DNA of 64,000 bases from Limisphaerales bacterium (GTDB lineage: Bacteria > Verrucomicrobiota > Verrucomicrobiia > Limisphaerales > AAA164-E04), in the NCBI GenBank assembly GCA_965221075.1, contig OZ244865.1, positions 2,052,043 through 2,116,042 of the forward strand, given 5' to 3'. The notes under the pieces were generated by a model that saw nothing but the letters and a program-made list of their open reading frames with translations, was not told where the DNA came from and ran no database searches. Positions 1-8,306 of this stretch are shown piece after piece. The translations under genes were made by a program, and so were the position numbers. Position 1 is the stretch's first letter. Each line of letters opens with the position of its first letter.

Positions 1-282
1 GTTGAATTCGCTGCATATGGACTTGACGAGGATCTTGGAACTCCTTCCCGATGCCTCCGTGGGCTGCAATACGGCCGTGCCTTCCATGTGGCAGGCTCTG
101 CGCAGGAAGGTTCTCCTGCCCCTACGCAATCGCCAAAGGGCGTCGGGCAGGCGGACCTCCTGAAGGAACTGCCCGCTACGTCCGGATTCCATCCTTGCAA
201 GCGGAGGCTGCGGATCTGATTCAGGACTCCCGCAATCCTGGCCAGTATCCTTGCTTCCTGCCGGCACCTCGCCATCTGTAGG

Positions 283-1608
283 ATGACAAGGAGAGAACAG
301 AAATCGATGGAGGTCGCGCTCTTCCGCTTCCAGGTGATTGCAGAGCTGCTCCACCTGGCCCAGGGGAGCCCCGAGTACCGGGAGGAGATGAGCCGCCTGA
401 CCGAAAAGCCGTGGGCGATACCCGGCTCGTATCGGACCCGGGTGGCCCGTCAGACCATCTGCGACTGGCTGCGTATGTACGATCCCCAGCGGGGGATCGA
501 TTCCCTGCGGCCGAAGATCCGCGCCGACCGGGGGCAGCGCCGCAAGATGTCGGTGGGGACGATGGAGCTTCTGTTGGCGATCAAGCGCCGCAGTCCGAAG
601 CTGAGCGTCAGGCAGGTGATCGAGAAGGCGCGGAGGACCGGGGAGGTTCCCGAGGGGGACAGCCTGGCCCCCACCACGGTCTACAGCCTGCTGCGCAGCG
701 AGGGGCTGATGGATCGGCAGAAGAAGAGCCAGGTGCAGAAGCGGAGCAAGGTCCAGAAGCAGCGCCAGGTCCGCCACCGCCGCAGGTTCAGCTACGCCAA
801 TGCCGGGGAGCTCTGGATGAGCGGCGTGATGCACGGGCCCCGGGTGGCCGACGGTAAGGGGAGCAGGCGCAAGACCTACATGATCGCCCTCCTTGACGAT
901 GCGACCCGGGTGGTTCCCTACGCCGAGTTCGCCTTCAGCGAGTCGGAAGTGGCGTTCATCCTGGCCCTAAGGGAAGGGATCCTGCGCCGGGGAATCCCCA
1001 GCCGGCTCTATGTGGACAACGGGGCCTGCTGCCGGAGCCGCCAGCTGCAGATGATCGCGGCCAACCTGGGCATCGACCTGATCCACGCCACGGCGAAGGA
1101 GCCCCAGGGCAAGGGGAAGATCATGCGCTTCATCCGAACCGTCCGCCAGCAGTTCCTCCCCCTGGTGGAGGAAGCGGAAGCCGCCTCGCTCGAGGAACTC
1201 AACAAGCGCCTGCTCAACTGGATCGAGGGCGAGTACCACCATACCCCGCACCAGGGGCTCGACGGCCGGGAGCCGCTGAGCCGGTGGCTCGAAACCGCGG
1301 ACAAGGTGCGGCTCTCCGCAAGCATCGATCGGATCGAGGATCTGTTCCTCTTCCAGGCCAGCCGCAAGGTCAGTCAGGACGGCACCGTCGCCCTCGACTG
1401 CCGCAGCTACGAGGTCGACGCGGTGCTGGCCGGCATGACCGTCACGCTCCTCTACGACCCGACCGCCCCCGATCGGCCCGTCAAGGTTCTCTACGACGGA
1501 AAGAGCTACGAGCCGGGACGCCTTGTCGATCCCGAGAGCAAGGACCAGGCCAGGCGAAGGAGATCTGGGATCCAGTCCAGCCAGCCGTTCGAGCCCAAGG
1601 ACAGCTAA
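283..1608 (+). CDS. Mu/TniA/TnsB-like rve-family (DDE) transposase; catalytic triad appears degenerate
   Basis: 441-aa ORF with an N-terminal HTH-like region. Integrase-core pattern GELWMSGVMHG ... RLYVDNGACCRS ... PQGKGKIMRFIRTV. The residue 36 positions after the DNG Asp, where the DD35E Glu is expected, is Met. The first Asp position (W-x-x-D) reads Gly. The stop overlaps the ATG of the next frame (TAATG, 1606-1610). Confidence 0.75.
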   Translation: MTRREQKSMEVALFRFQVIAELLHLAQGSPEYREEMSRLTEKPWAIPGSYRTRVARQTICDWLRMYDPQRGIDSLRPKIRADRGQRRKMSVGTMELLLAIKRRSPKLSVRQVIEKARRTGEVPEGDSLAPTTVYSLLRSEGLMDRQKKSQVQKRSKVQKQRQVRHRRRFSYANAGELWMSGVMHGPRVADGKGSRRKTYMIALLDDATRVVPYAEFAFSESEVAFILALREGILRRGIPSRLYVDNGACCRSRQLQMIAANLGIDLIHATAKEPQGKGKIMRFIRTVRQQFLPLVEEAEAASLEELNKRLLNWIEGEYHHTPHQGLDGREPLSRWLETADKVRLSASIDRIEDLFLFQASRKVSQDGTVALDCRSYEVDAVLAGMTVTLLYDPTAPDRPVKVLYDGKSYEPGRLVDPESKDQARRRRSGIQSSQPFEPKDS

Positions 1609-2025
1609 TGCACGGACAGCACCTCGGACTCCAGTTCCTGCCTTTCGAATCCTCGCTCAGGGCCGACCGGACATGCCCCTTCCACGCGCGCCAGGAGGCA
1701 GCCAGCCGGATCGGCCATCCGATCGATCGCAAAGAGGGGGCGGGAGCGCCACCAGCTGATCGGACGGCAGCAAGGCTGCCGGCCTGCTTCGCCCTGGAAC
1801 CCGCCAGCTCTTCCAAGTCTGCTTTCCGGAAGGATTGGGCCTCGATATCCCATACCCCATCGCTTGAGTTTCCGGCCTGATCGCCCGCGGCCACCTTGCA
1901 CCCTCACGCAAGGGCATCCAGGAGCAGATCCCGCCATCGTCGCCTGGAACCGCAAGCGTCCCGCTTTTATTGACGGCGAAACCAATCTGCTGCGAGAGGC
2001 TGGCCAATCGAATCGCGCATCATGA
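1608..2025 (+). pseudogene. Remnant of an ExeA/TniB-like AAA ATPase (transposition partner), frameshifted and truncated
   Basis: From ATG 1608 (frame 3): MHGQHLGLQFLPFESSLRADRTCPFHARQEAASRIGHPI, matching the ExeA-type N-terminal pattern (FGL-x3-PF ... H-x-EA). After about nt 1745 the resemblance continues only in frame 1, which is open from 1747 to TGA 2023-2025. LIGRQQGCRP sits at the Walker A position and FIDGETNLL about 73 aa later at the Walker B position. The GKT and DE catalytic residues are lost. Confidence 0.4.
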
Positions 2026-2509
2026 CCGCGTTCTGCATGAACGACGCTGCTTCGGGAAGCGGCGCTCCTCTTCCAGGCCCGGCGCTGCCCCCGTTCCGTC
2101 GAGCCCTAGCGGACGTCCGTGAGGAACCGACTGGCCTCGGATCCGCCTCCCTGCCGCTCGCTCGCCTTCTGTCCCGTTGCCGCCATCTGATCCTGATCTG
2201 GGCTGCGATCCAGGCACGCATTCCCGCCTTCTCGACGGCAAGGCGGGTGTGTCGGCAAGCATGGCTTTGGCTCTTGAGGCGATTGGCTGGGATGCAGCCG
2301 ATCTATGGATGCGAATGCAGGCAAGCTGCGGCCTTCGCAGCTCTTCCGGGATCGAGCTGGCGCCTAACGGAGCGCGATCAAGCTGCACGCATGATCGATC
2401 CTCGGACCAGAGCTGGCATGCGCCGGACAATCCCGCCTTCTGGCGTTCCTGGGCTGTCAAGCGGTGGCAGGCCGATTGCTGGACGGAGCGAGGCGCAAGG
2501 CGAAATCTG

Positions 2510-5314
2510 ATGCGCCTGTCGTGGAACGAGATTCGCGCCCGCGCCGCGGCATTTGCCGAAAGCTGGAAGCACGCGGCCTACGAGAAAGGCGAGACGCAGA
2601 GCTTCTATAACGACTTCTTTGAAGTCTTCGGAAAACGTCGTCGTGAAGTGGCCCGCTATGAGCAGCACGTCTCCAAGCTCGACAACCGGGCTGGCTTCGT
2701 CGACCTGTTCTGGCCGGGAGTGCTGATCGTCGAGCAGAAGAGCGCCGGCCGCGATCTCGGAAAGGCATACGATCAGGCCGGGGAGTATTTCGACGCTCTG
2801 GCGGAGCGAGAACGCCCGCGCTTCATACTGACAAGCGATTTCCGGACCTTCGAGCTTCACGATCTGGACGAGAGCGAGACCGTTGCCTTCCCGCTTGCGG
2901 ACCTGGCTGCGAATGTGGAGTCCTTCGGCTTCATCCTCGGAGTGCAGCGCCGGATCTTCCGCGATCAGGATCCGGTCAACAATGAAGCCGCCGAGCTTGT
3001 AGGGCGGCTGCACGACGCGCTGGCCGACACCAGGCACCTGGGCAGCGATCTGGAGCGCTTCCTCGTGCGTGTGGTGTTTTGCATGTTCGCCGACGACACC
3101 GGCGTCTTCGAGCCGCGCGACATCTTCCTCGACTATGTGGAAGCGCGCACAAGCGAGGATGGCTCCGACGTCGGGCCGAGGCTGATGCATTTGTTCGAAG
3201 TGCTCGACACGCCGGAGCACAAGCGGGCGACAACGCTGGACGAGGACCTGGCCCGCTTTCCGTACGTCGACGGAGAGCTGTTCAAAGGGCACCTGCAGAC
3301 GGTCTCGTTCGACACGGCGATGCGCGAAGCGCTGCTGGATGCCTGCCGTTTCAACTGGTCGAACATTTCGCCCGCAATCTTCGGCGCGCTGTTCCAGTCG
3401 GTTATGGACCCGGCGAAACGCAGAGCGCAAGGGGCGCACTACACGACCGAGAACAACATCCTGAAGGTGATCGAGCCGCTGTTCATGGACGGCTTGCGGA
3501 CCGAGTTCGAACAGGTGCGGACGAGACGGGGCCGGGGCCGTCTCTCGGCGCTTCGGCGGTTTCAGGCCAAGCTAGGCAGCCTGTCTTTTCTCGATCCGGC
3601 GTGCGGGTGCGGCAACTTCCTCATCATCGCCTACCGGGAACTGAGATTACTCGAAATCGAGGTCATCCGAGAGATTCGTAAAGCGACCGCATCGACCGGT
3701 CAGGCTGCGCTCGATGCCACATGGCAATCGATGGTTGACGTCGACCAGTTCTACGGGATCGAGCTTGGAGAGTTCCCGGCACGCATCGCGGAGACCGCTC
3801 TGTGGATGATGGACCACATCATGAACAACCAGCTGAGCCTCGAGTTCGGCCGGACTTTCGTTCGCATCCCGCTCGAAACGTCGCCGCACATCGTTCGCGG
3901 CGACGCACTGGAAGCGGACTGGTCCGGTCTGCTGCCTACGGAAAAGTGCTCCTTTGTGCTGGGCAATCCTCCCTTTGTGGGAGCGAAGTACCAGACCGCA
4001 GATCAGCGTGCGCAGGTGCGCGGGATAGCTGGACTAGGAAGGAGCGGCGGAACGCTCGACTATGTCGCCGCCTGGTTCATCAAGGCGGGAAACTACGTCA
4101 AGGGCGGCGATGCCCGGATCGGCTTCGTCGCGACCAGCTCGATCACGCAAGGCGAGCAGGTGGAGCAGCTCTGGCCGGTGCTGTTCGAGCGCTGCAAGCT
4201 GGAGATAGCCTTCGCGCACCGGACCTTCGCCTGGGGTTCGGACGCGCGCGGCAAGGCGCATGTCCATGTCGTCATTCTCGGCCTGGAACAGCGCAAGGAC
4301 GTGCGGGCCAAGAAGCGACTTTTCGGCTATCCCGACATCAACGGAGACCCGGAGGAAAGCAGTCACGCCGCGCTCTCGCCCTATTTGTTCGACGCCGACG
4401 GGCTCGCCAATCCGCATCTGATGGTCCGGAAGGCTGCACGCCCGATCAATGGCATGGGCCGGTTGATTATCGGCTCCAAGCCCATCGACGGCGGAAACTT
4501 CATCTTCAGCAAGACGGAACGTGCCGCGTTTCTGGAAGCTGAACCGGACGCCGAGCCGTGGCTCCGGCCATTTATCGGAGCGCGTGAATTCCTGCAGGAC
4601 GGCGAACGCTGGATTCTAGCGCTGCACAATGCTCCGCCAAACATTCTGGCACGCCTCCCGGGAGTGCGGGAGCGAATCGCGGCCGTTCGAGCCTACCGGA
4701 AGGCGAGCAAGAGCAAGCCAACGCAGAAGCTAGCGGCCACGCCCACCCTCTATCATGTCAATGTCATTCCTGTTGCGCCGTTTCTTGTAGTTCCCGAAGT
4801 CAGTTCAGAGCGGCGAGAGTATGCACCGATCGGATGGCTAGAGCCGCCAGTCATTCCGAGCAGCCTTGTGCGCGTTCTGGAAAAAGCTACGCTGGCGGAT
4901 TTCACTTTACTGACCTCTTCAATGCACATGGCCTGGCTGCGCCATGTCGGCGGCCGTCTTGAGAGCCGCTACCGCTATTCCATCGGAGCGGTCTACAACA
5001 CCTTCCCCACCCCGCCCGGCTTCGCCGAAGGCAAGGCAGGCCTTGCCCGCCTCGAAAGGCTCGCCCAGGCTGTGCTCGACGCCCGTGCGGCACACCCGGC
5101 GGCGACGCTCGCCGATCTCTACGATCCCGACCTGATGCCGCCCGACTTGCGACGCGCTCACCTTGACGTAGACCGGGCCGTGGACCGCCTGTACCGCCGC
5201 TCCGGCTTCTCGTCAGAACGCGAACGCATCGAGCATCTGTTCATGCTCTATGAGCATTTGCGAACTCCGCTTCAAGCGGCTGCAGGAAGAAAGAGCCGAA
5301 CACGGAAGACCTGA
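2510..5314 (+). CDS. MmeI-like Type IIL/IIG restriction-modification enzyme (fused PD-ExK endonuclease, N6-adenine methyltransferase and target-recognition domain)
   Basis: ORF 2177..5314 trimmed to ATG 2510 (MRLSWNEIRARAAAFAESW), giving 934 aa, close to MmeI size. N-terminal nuclease motif GFVDLFWPGVLIVEQKSAG (D-x9-E-x-K). SAM motif I FLDPACGCGNFLI. Catalytic motif IV VLGNPPFVGAKY. Long C-terminal TRD-like region. Codon usage is visibly less GC3-biased than in neighbouring genes. Confidence 0.85.
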   Translation: MRLSWNEIRARAAAFAESWKHAAYEKGETQSFYNDFFEVFGKRRREVARYEQHVSKLDNRAGFVDLFWPGVLIVEQKSAGRDLGKAYDQAGEYFDALAERERPRFILTSDFRTFELHDLDESETVAFPLADLAANVESFGFILGVQRRIFRDQDPVNNEAAELVGRLHDALADTRHLGSDLERFLVRVVFCMFADDTGVFEPRDIFLDYVEARTSEDGSDVGPRLMHLFEVLDTPEHKRATTLDEDLARFPYVDGELFKGHLQTVSFDTAMREALLDACRFNWSNISPAIFGALFQSVMDPAKRRAQGAHYTTENNILKVIEPLFMDGLRTEFEQVRTRRGRGRLSALRRFQAKLGSLSFLDPACGCGNFLIIAYRELRLLEIEVIREIRKATASTGQAALDATWQSMVDVDQFYGIELGEFPARIAETALWMMDHIMNNQLSLEFGRTFVRIPLETSPHIVRGDALEADWSGLLPTEKCSFVLGNPPFVGAKYQTADQRAQVRGIAGLGRSGGTLDYVAAWFIKAGNYVKGGDARIGFVATSSITQGEQVEQLWPVLFERCKLEIAFAHRTFAWGSDARGKAHVHVVILGLEQRKDVRAKKRLFGYPDINGDPEESSHAALSPYLFDADGLANPHLMVRKAARPINGMGRLIIGSKPIDGGNFIFSKTERAAFLEAEPDAEPWLRPFIGAREFLQDGERWILALHNAPPNILARLPGVRERIAAVRAYRKASKSKPTQKLAATPTLYHVNVIPVAPFLVVPEVSSERREYAPIGWLEPPVIPSSLVRVLEKATLADFTLLTSSMHMAWLRHVGGRLESRYRYSIGAVYNTFPTPPGFAEGKAGLARLERLAQAVLDARAAHPAATLADLYDPDLMPPDLRRAHLDVDRAVDRLYRRSGFSSERERIEHLFMLYEHLRTPLQAAAGRKSRTRKT

Positions 5315-5921
5315 ATTATGGAGAAGGCGGGCGATCCATGGAAGAGCCCAAGAATCTGCATCGGCATGCGGCCGAAGCCTGAATCCAGGTGTTCGATCTG
5401 GAATCAGCCGCACATGTCGCCGTTTTCATAGTTTTCCTGTTTTTCCGAACTGTTCCAGGGGGCATTTGTACCCAGGCTGGCGCCTGCGGCCTTGAAGGGT
5501 GCGGACTTCCGCCACTGGCGGAGGAGTCGGCCGCTTGGAATGGAAAGGCTTCCGTTGACCGGGAGCATGGGTAGCGGAGAGATCCAGCAAGCTTCCTGAG
5601 GACGCCACTCCAGTCCTTGGCCCCGACGGGCCCGGGCGTCGGACCGCTGGATTGGCCTGCAAGTCGCAAGGGGGACAGTAGTCCTCGCCCTGGCCAGCAT
5701 CGAAGGCGCAGAGGTGCGCCGCCTCGGGTTCCGAAATCTAAGCCAAACTGGGCTGCGGCGAGGCAGACTCGATGGAGGCTACCCCGATCCGGGAGGCGGT
5801 GGAGGGATCTCCGCCTGGGCTGATAGCGCCTCCGTGCGGACGCACAGCGGCCGGCGCTGCAGCCGATGGATCCGGAAATGGACCCGGTTCAAGGAGCCCG
5901 GTCCCGTGCGACTGGTCCCGG

Positions 5922-8297
5922 CTAGAGATCCTGCAGATGGATCCTGGCGGTGCTGGCCGAGGCAGGATCGGCCCGTTCCTCGAGGGAGTCTTCGATCTCT
6001 CCCAGCGTTCTCACCGCCATTCCCTGATAGCGCTCCCTCCCATTGACCGTGACGGTGACGGGCTGGTCCAGATCCAGCAGCCTGTCGGAGAGGCGCAGAA
6101 AAAGCGCCGGAGTGTCGCTGGCGGCGATGTGGATCGACTGGCCGTCCACCTGCGCCCGGATCGCCTGCCTTCTGTCCAGGTGATCCTCGGGAATCTGCAG
6201 CCAGTAGAAGCGGGAGGTGATCCCCTTGTTCTGGTTCCACACCAGGGTCGAGGGCCAGGGATTCCGGACATGGGCGGCCATCCAGGGAAGGGACTCGGCG
6301 TCCTGGAGCTTCATCCAGTGGCCGGTGCCGGGGTAGATCCGGACAAGATGGACGTAGCCCGAGGGATCTGCCTCCTGGAGCGACTGCAGCATGTCCTGCC
6401 ACTCGGCCGCCTTCTGGTTCCGGCTGTAGGCTGAATCTTCGGCTCCCACGAAGATGGCGAAGGGCAGGTTGCGCAGGTTCTCGGGACGGGCATCGTTGGG
6501 ATGCCCCGCCATCATGCTGGCGGCGGCCCAGCGATCGGCCATGCGAGGCGCAAGCTGGTAGACTCCGTCCCCTCCAGCGGAATAACCCATGAGATAGACC
6601 CTGTCGGGATCGACCAGGCCGCGGATCACGTAGTTCTCGACGAGGCGGTCGAAGAGGGGATCGACATGGTTCCTGTGCCACAGGTTCCAGGTGTCCGTAG
6701 GGGCCCTGGGGGCCACGTAGATCCCTTCGGCAGGCTGGTAGAGCCGGATCTGGTTGCGCCACTGGCCATCGTTGACCGGAGCTGGAGTTCCTCCCCCTCC
6801 ATGCAGCGAGATCCAGAGCGAACGCCCCTTGGCAGGAGCCTCTCCGAATGTCCGTTCCAGATACCTCAGGGTGTGCCCTTCGAGAGTGATGGACCTCCCT
6901 TCGATTTCAGCCTCCCGCTCCTCCAGAAGCTGTCGGCTCCGGACCTTCCAGAGCTCCTGGATCGCCGCCTCAGCCTGTTCCCTGGAAAGCCCCTCCTGCT
7001 TCCGTCTTCCGATGCTGTACAGGAAGCGGCGGCCTCGAAGATAGATGCGATCGCCCTGCAGGGCCATCGAGGCGTGGAAGGTGTCTTCGAGGCGGCTGGT
7101 GGCCACCACACGGAAGGCCGGAGACCGCTCCAGCGCCAGGGTGGCGCCGCCTCGATCGGTGACAAAGATGTGATCCCGGGAGGCCACCGGGGACGAATAG
7201 ATGGTGTTCAGGCCCGGAAGCCGTTCCCGATCGACGAGCACCTCCCCGTCCGAGGCCCTCAAGCACGACCAGAGAGGCTGGTGCGACTGGTTGAAGAATA
7301 GGAGTCCGTCGCTGAGCAGGGGAGAGGGCGTGTAGGGAGTTCCCCGGTCCTTGCTCCACTGGATCGATCCGGGGATCTTGGCCGACAGGGAGAGGGCGAG
7401 GAGGGAGTGCCCCCGGTAGCCGGTCATGCAGTACACATTCGCATCGTCGGCCACGGGGGACGGGATGGGATTGTCGGTGAGGCCCTGCTGCTTCCAGAGG
7501 ATCTTCCCGTCCTCCAGATCGTAGCTGATCACCGATCGGGTTCCGGGCACGACGACGCTGGTCGTGCCGTTGCGGGTCACGATGCATGGCGTGGCCCAGG
7601 AGTTGTCCTCCTCCCTCAGCCTCCCCCAGAGGGTCTCGCCGCTCCGCTTGTCGAGGGCCAGGATGTAGGAAGGGCCCTGGTGGTCGCGCACCAGGACAAC
7701 CCTGTCCCCGTAGAGCGCCGGAGAGCTTCCCTCGCCCAGGCTGGCTCCCATGCTCGCATCCCCCAGGTCGCGCTTCCAGAGGAGGCTGCCCTCCAGGTCG
7801 TGGCAGTAGAGCCCTGCCGAGCCGAACCAGCTGTAGAGCCTCTCCCCGTCGGTCGCCGGAGAGGCCGAAGCGAAGTTGTTGTCTCCGTGATGGCCCTCGG
7901 GAGGCACCCTGCGGTTGACGCTGTGCCTCCAGAGCACCTCACCATCCTCCGCGTCCAGGCATAGGACGATGAACTCGTATTCGGTGTTGGGATGGCGGAT
8001 GCCGAACTTGCGCTCCGGCTGTTCCTCGGGCCGGGGCAGGCTGGGATCGACCTTGCCGGTGTCCCTTGCCGAGAGGAGGAAGATGCGGTCCCCCCAGAGG
8101 ATGGGCGTGGAGCTCCCCTCCCCCTCGATGGGCCGCTTCCAGAGGATGTTCTTCTCCTCGCTCCACTCAGCCGGGGGGTTGGCAGTGGGCGAGGTGCCGT
8201 TGCCATGGGGACCTCGCCACTGGAACCAGTTCTCCCCGGTCGCCAGATGCGGACCAAGGCCTGCGAGAGCGACCAGGAGGCATGTGGAAGATCTCAT
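5922..8297 (-). CDS. Secreted PQQ-like beta-propeller repeat protein fused to a C-terminal alpha/beta-hydrolase (esterase) domain
   Basis: 791-aa ORF with signal peptide MRSSTCLLVALAGLG. Repeated W-x-hydrophobic-strand propeller motifs (NWFQWRGPHGNG, ILWKRPI, VLWRHSV, LLWKRDL, TLWGRL, ILWKQQG). C-terminal GxSxG nucleophile elbow LMGYSAGGDG with downstream GAEDS and GTGHWM. Confidence 0.8.
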   Translation of the reverse strand: MRSSTCLLVALAGLGPHLATGENWFQWRGPHGNGTSPTANPPAEWSEEKNILWKRPIEGEGSSTPILWGDRIFLLSARDTGKVDPSLPRPEEQPERKFGIRHPNTEYEFIVLCLDAEDGEVLWRHSVNRRVPPEGHHGDNNFASASPATDGERLYSWFGSAGLYCHDLEGSLLWKRDLGDASMGASLGEGSSPALYGDRVVLVRDHQGPSYILALDKRSGETLWGRLREEDNSWATPCIVTRNGTTSVVVPGTRSVISYDLEDGKILWKQQGLTDNPIPSPVADDANVYCMTGYRGHSLLALSLSAKIPGSIQWSKDRGTPYTPSPLLSDGLLFFNQSHQPLWSCLRASDGEVLVDRERLPGLNTIYSSPVASRDHIFVTDRGGATLALERSPAFRVVATSRLEDTFHASMALQGDRIYLRGRRFLYSIGRRKQEGLSREQAEAAIQELWKVRSRQLLEEREAEIEGRSITLEGHTLRYLERTFGEAPAKGRSLWISLHGGGGTPAPVNDGQWRNQIRLYQPAEGIYVAPRAPTDTWNLWHRNHVDPLFDRLVENYVIRGLVDPDRVYLMGYSAGGDGVYQLAPRMADRWAAASMMAGHPNDARPENLRNLPFAIFVGAEDSAYSRNQKAAEWQDMLQSLQEADPSGYVHLVRIYPGTGHWMKLQDAESLPWMAAHVRNPWPSTLVWNQNKGITSRFYWLQIPEDHLDRRQAIRAQVDGQSIHIAASDTPALFLRLSDRLLDLDQPVTVTVNGRERYQGMAVRTLGEIEDSLEERADPASASTARIHLQDL

Positions 8298-8306
8298 GTG
8301 TGCGCT

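Noticed and set aside
1-282. Possible 3' end of an upstream gene or transposon terminal repeat (frame 2 is open from the window edge to about 160: ...MDLTRILELLPDASVGCNTAVPSMWQALRRKVLLPLRN...)
   Set aside because: It is too short and has no motif. No inverted repeat partner could be found by eye. It cannot be supported without the sequence upstream of the window.
2177-2509. The 111-codon N-terminal extension of the RM ORF, and other ORFs in 1881-2509
   Set aside because: The extension has no resemblance to MmeI-family N-termini, which begin close to the WNEIRARA...ESW helix. The region is better explained as decayed transposon sequence.
5316-5921. ORFs 5250..5495, 5316..5669, 5404..5700, 5617..5823 and 5714..6046 as possible small genes, and a tRNA-like att fragment (gggttccgaaatc near 5725)
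   Set aside because: The translations lack any motif and overlap each other in several frames. The tRNA-like string deviates from the GGTTCGAATCC T-arm consensus and has no flanking acceptor sequence.
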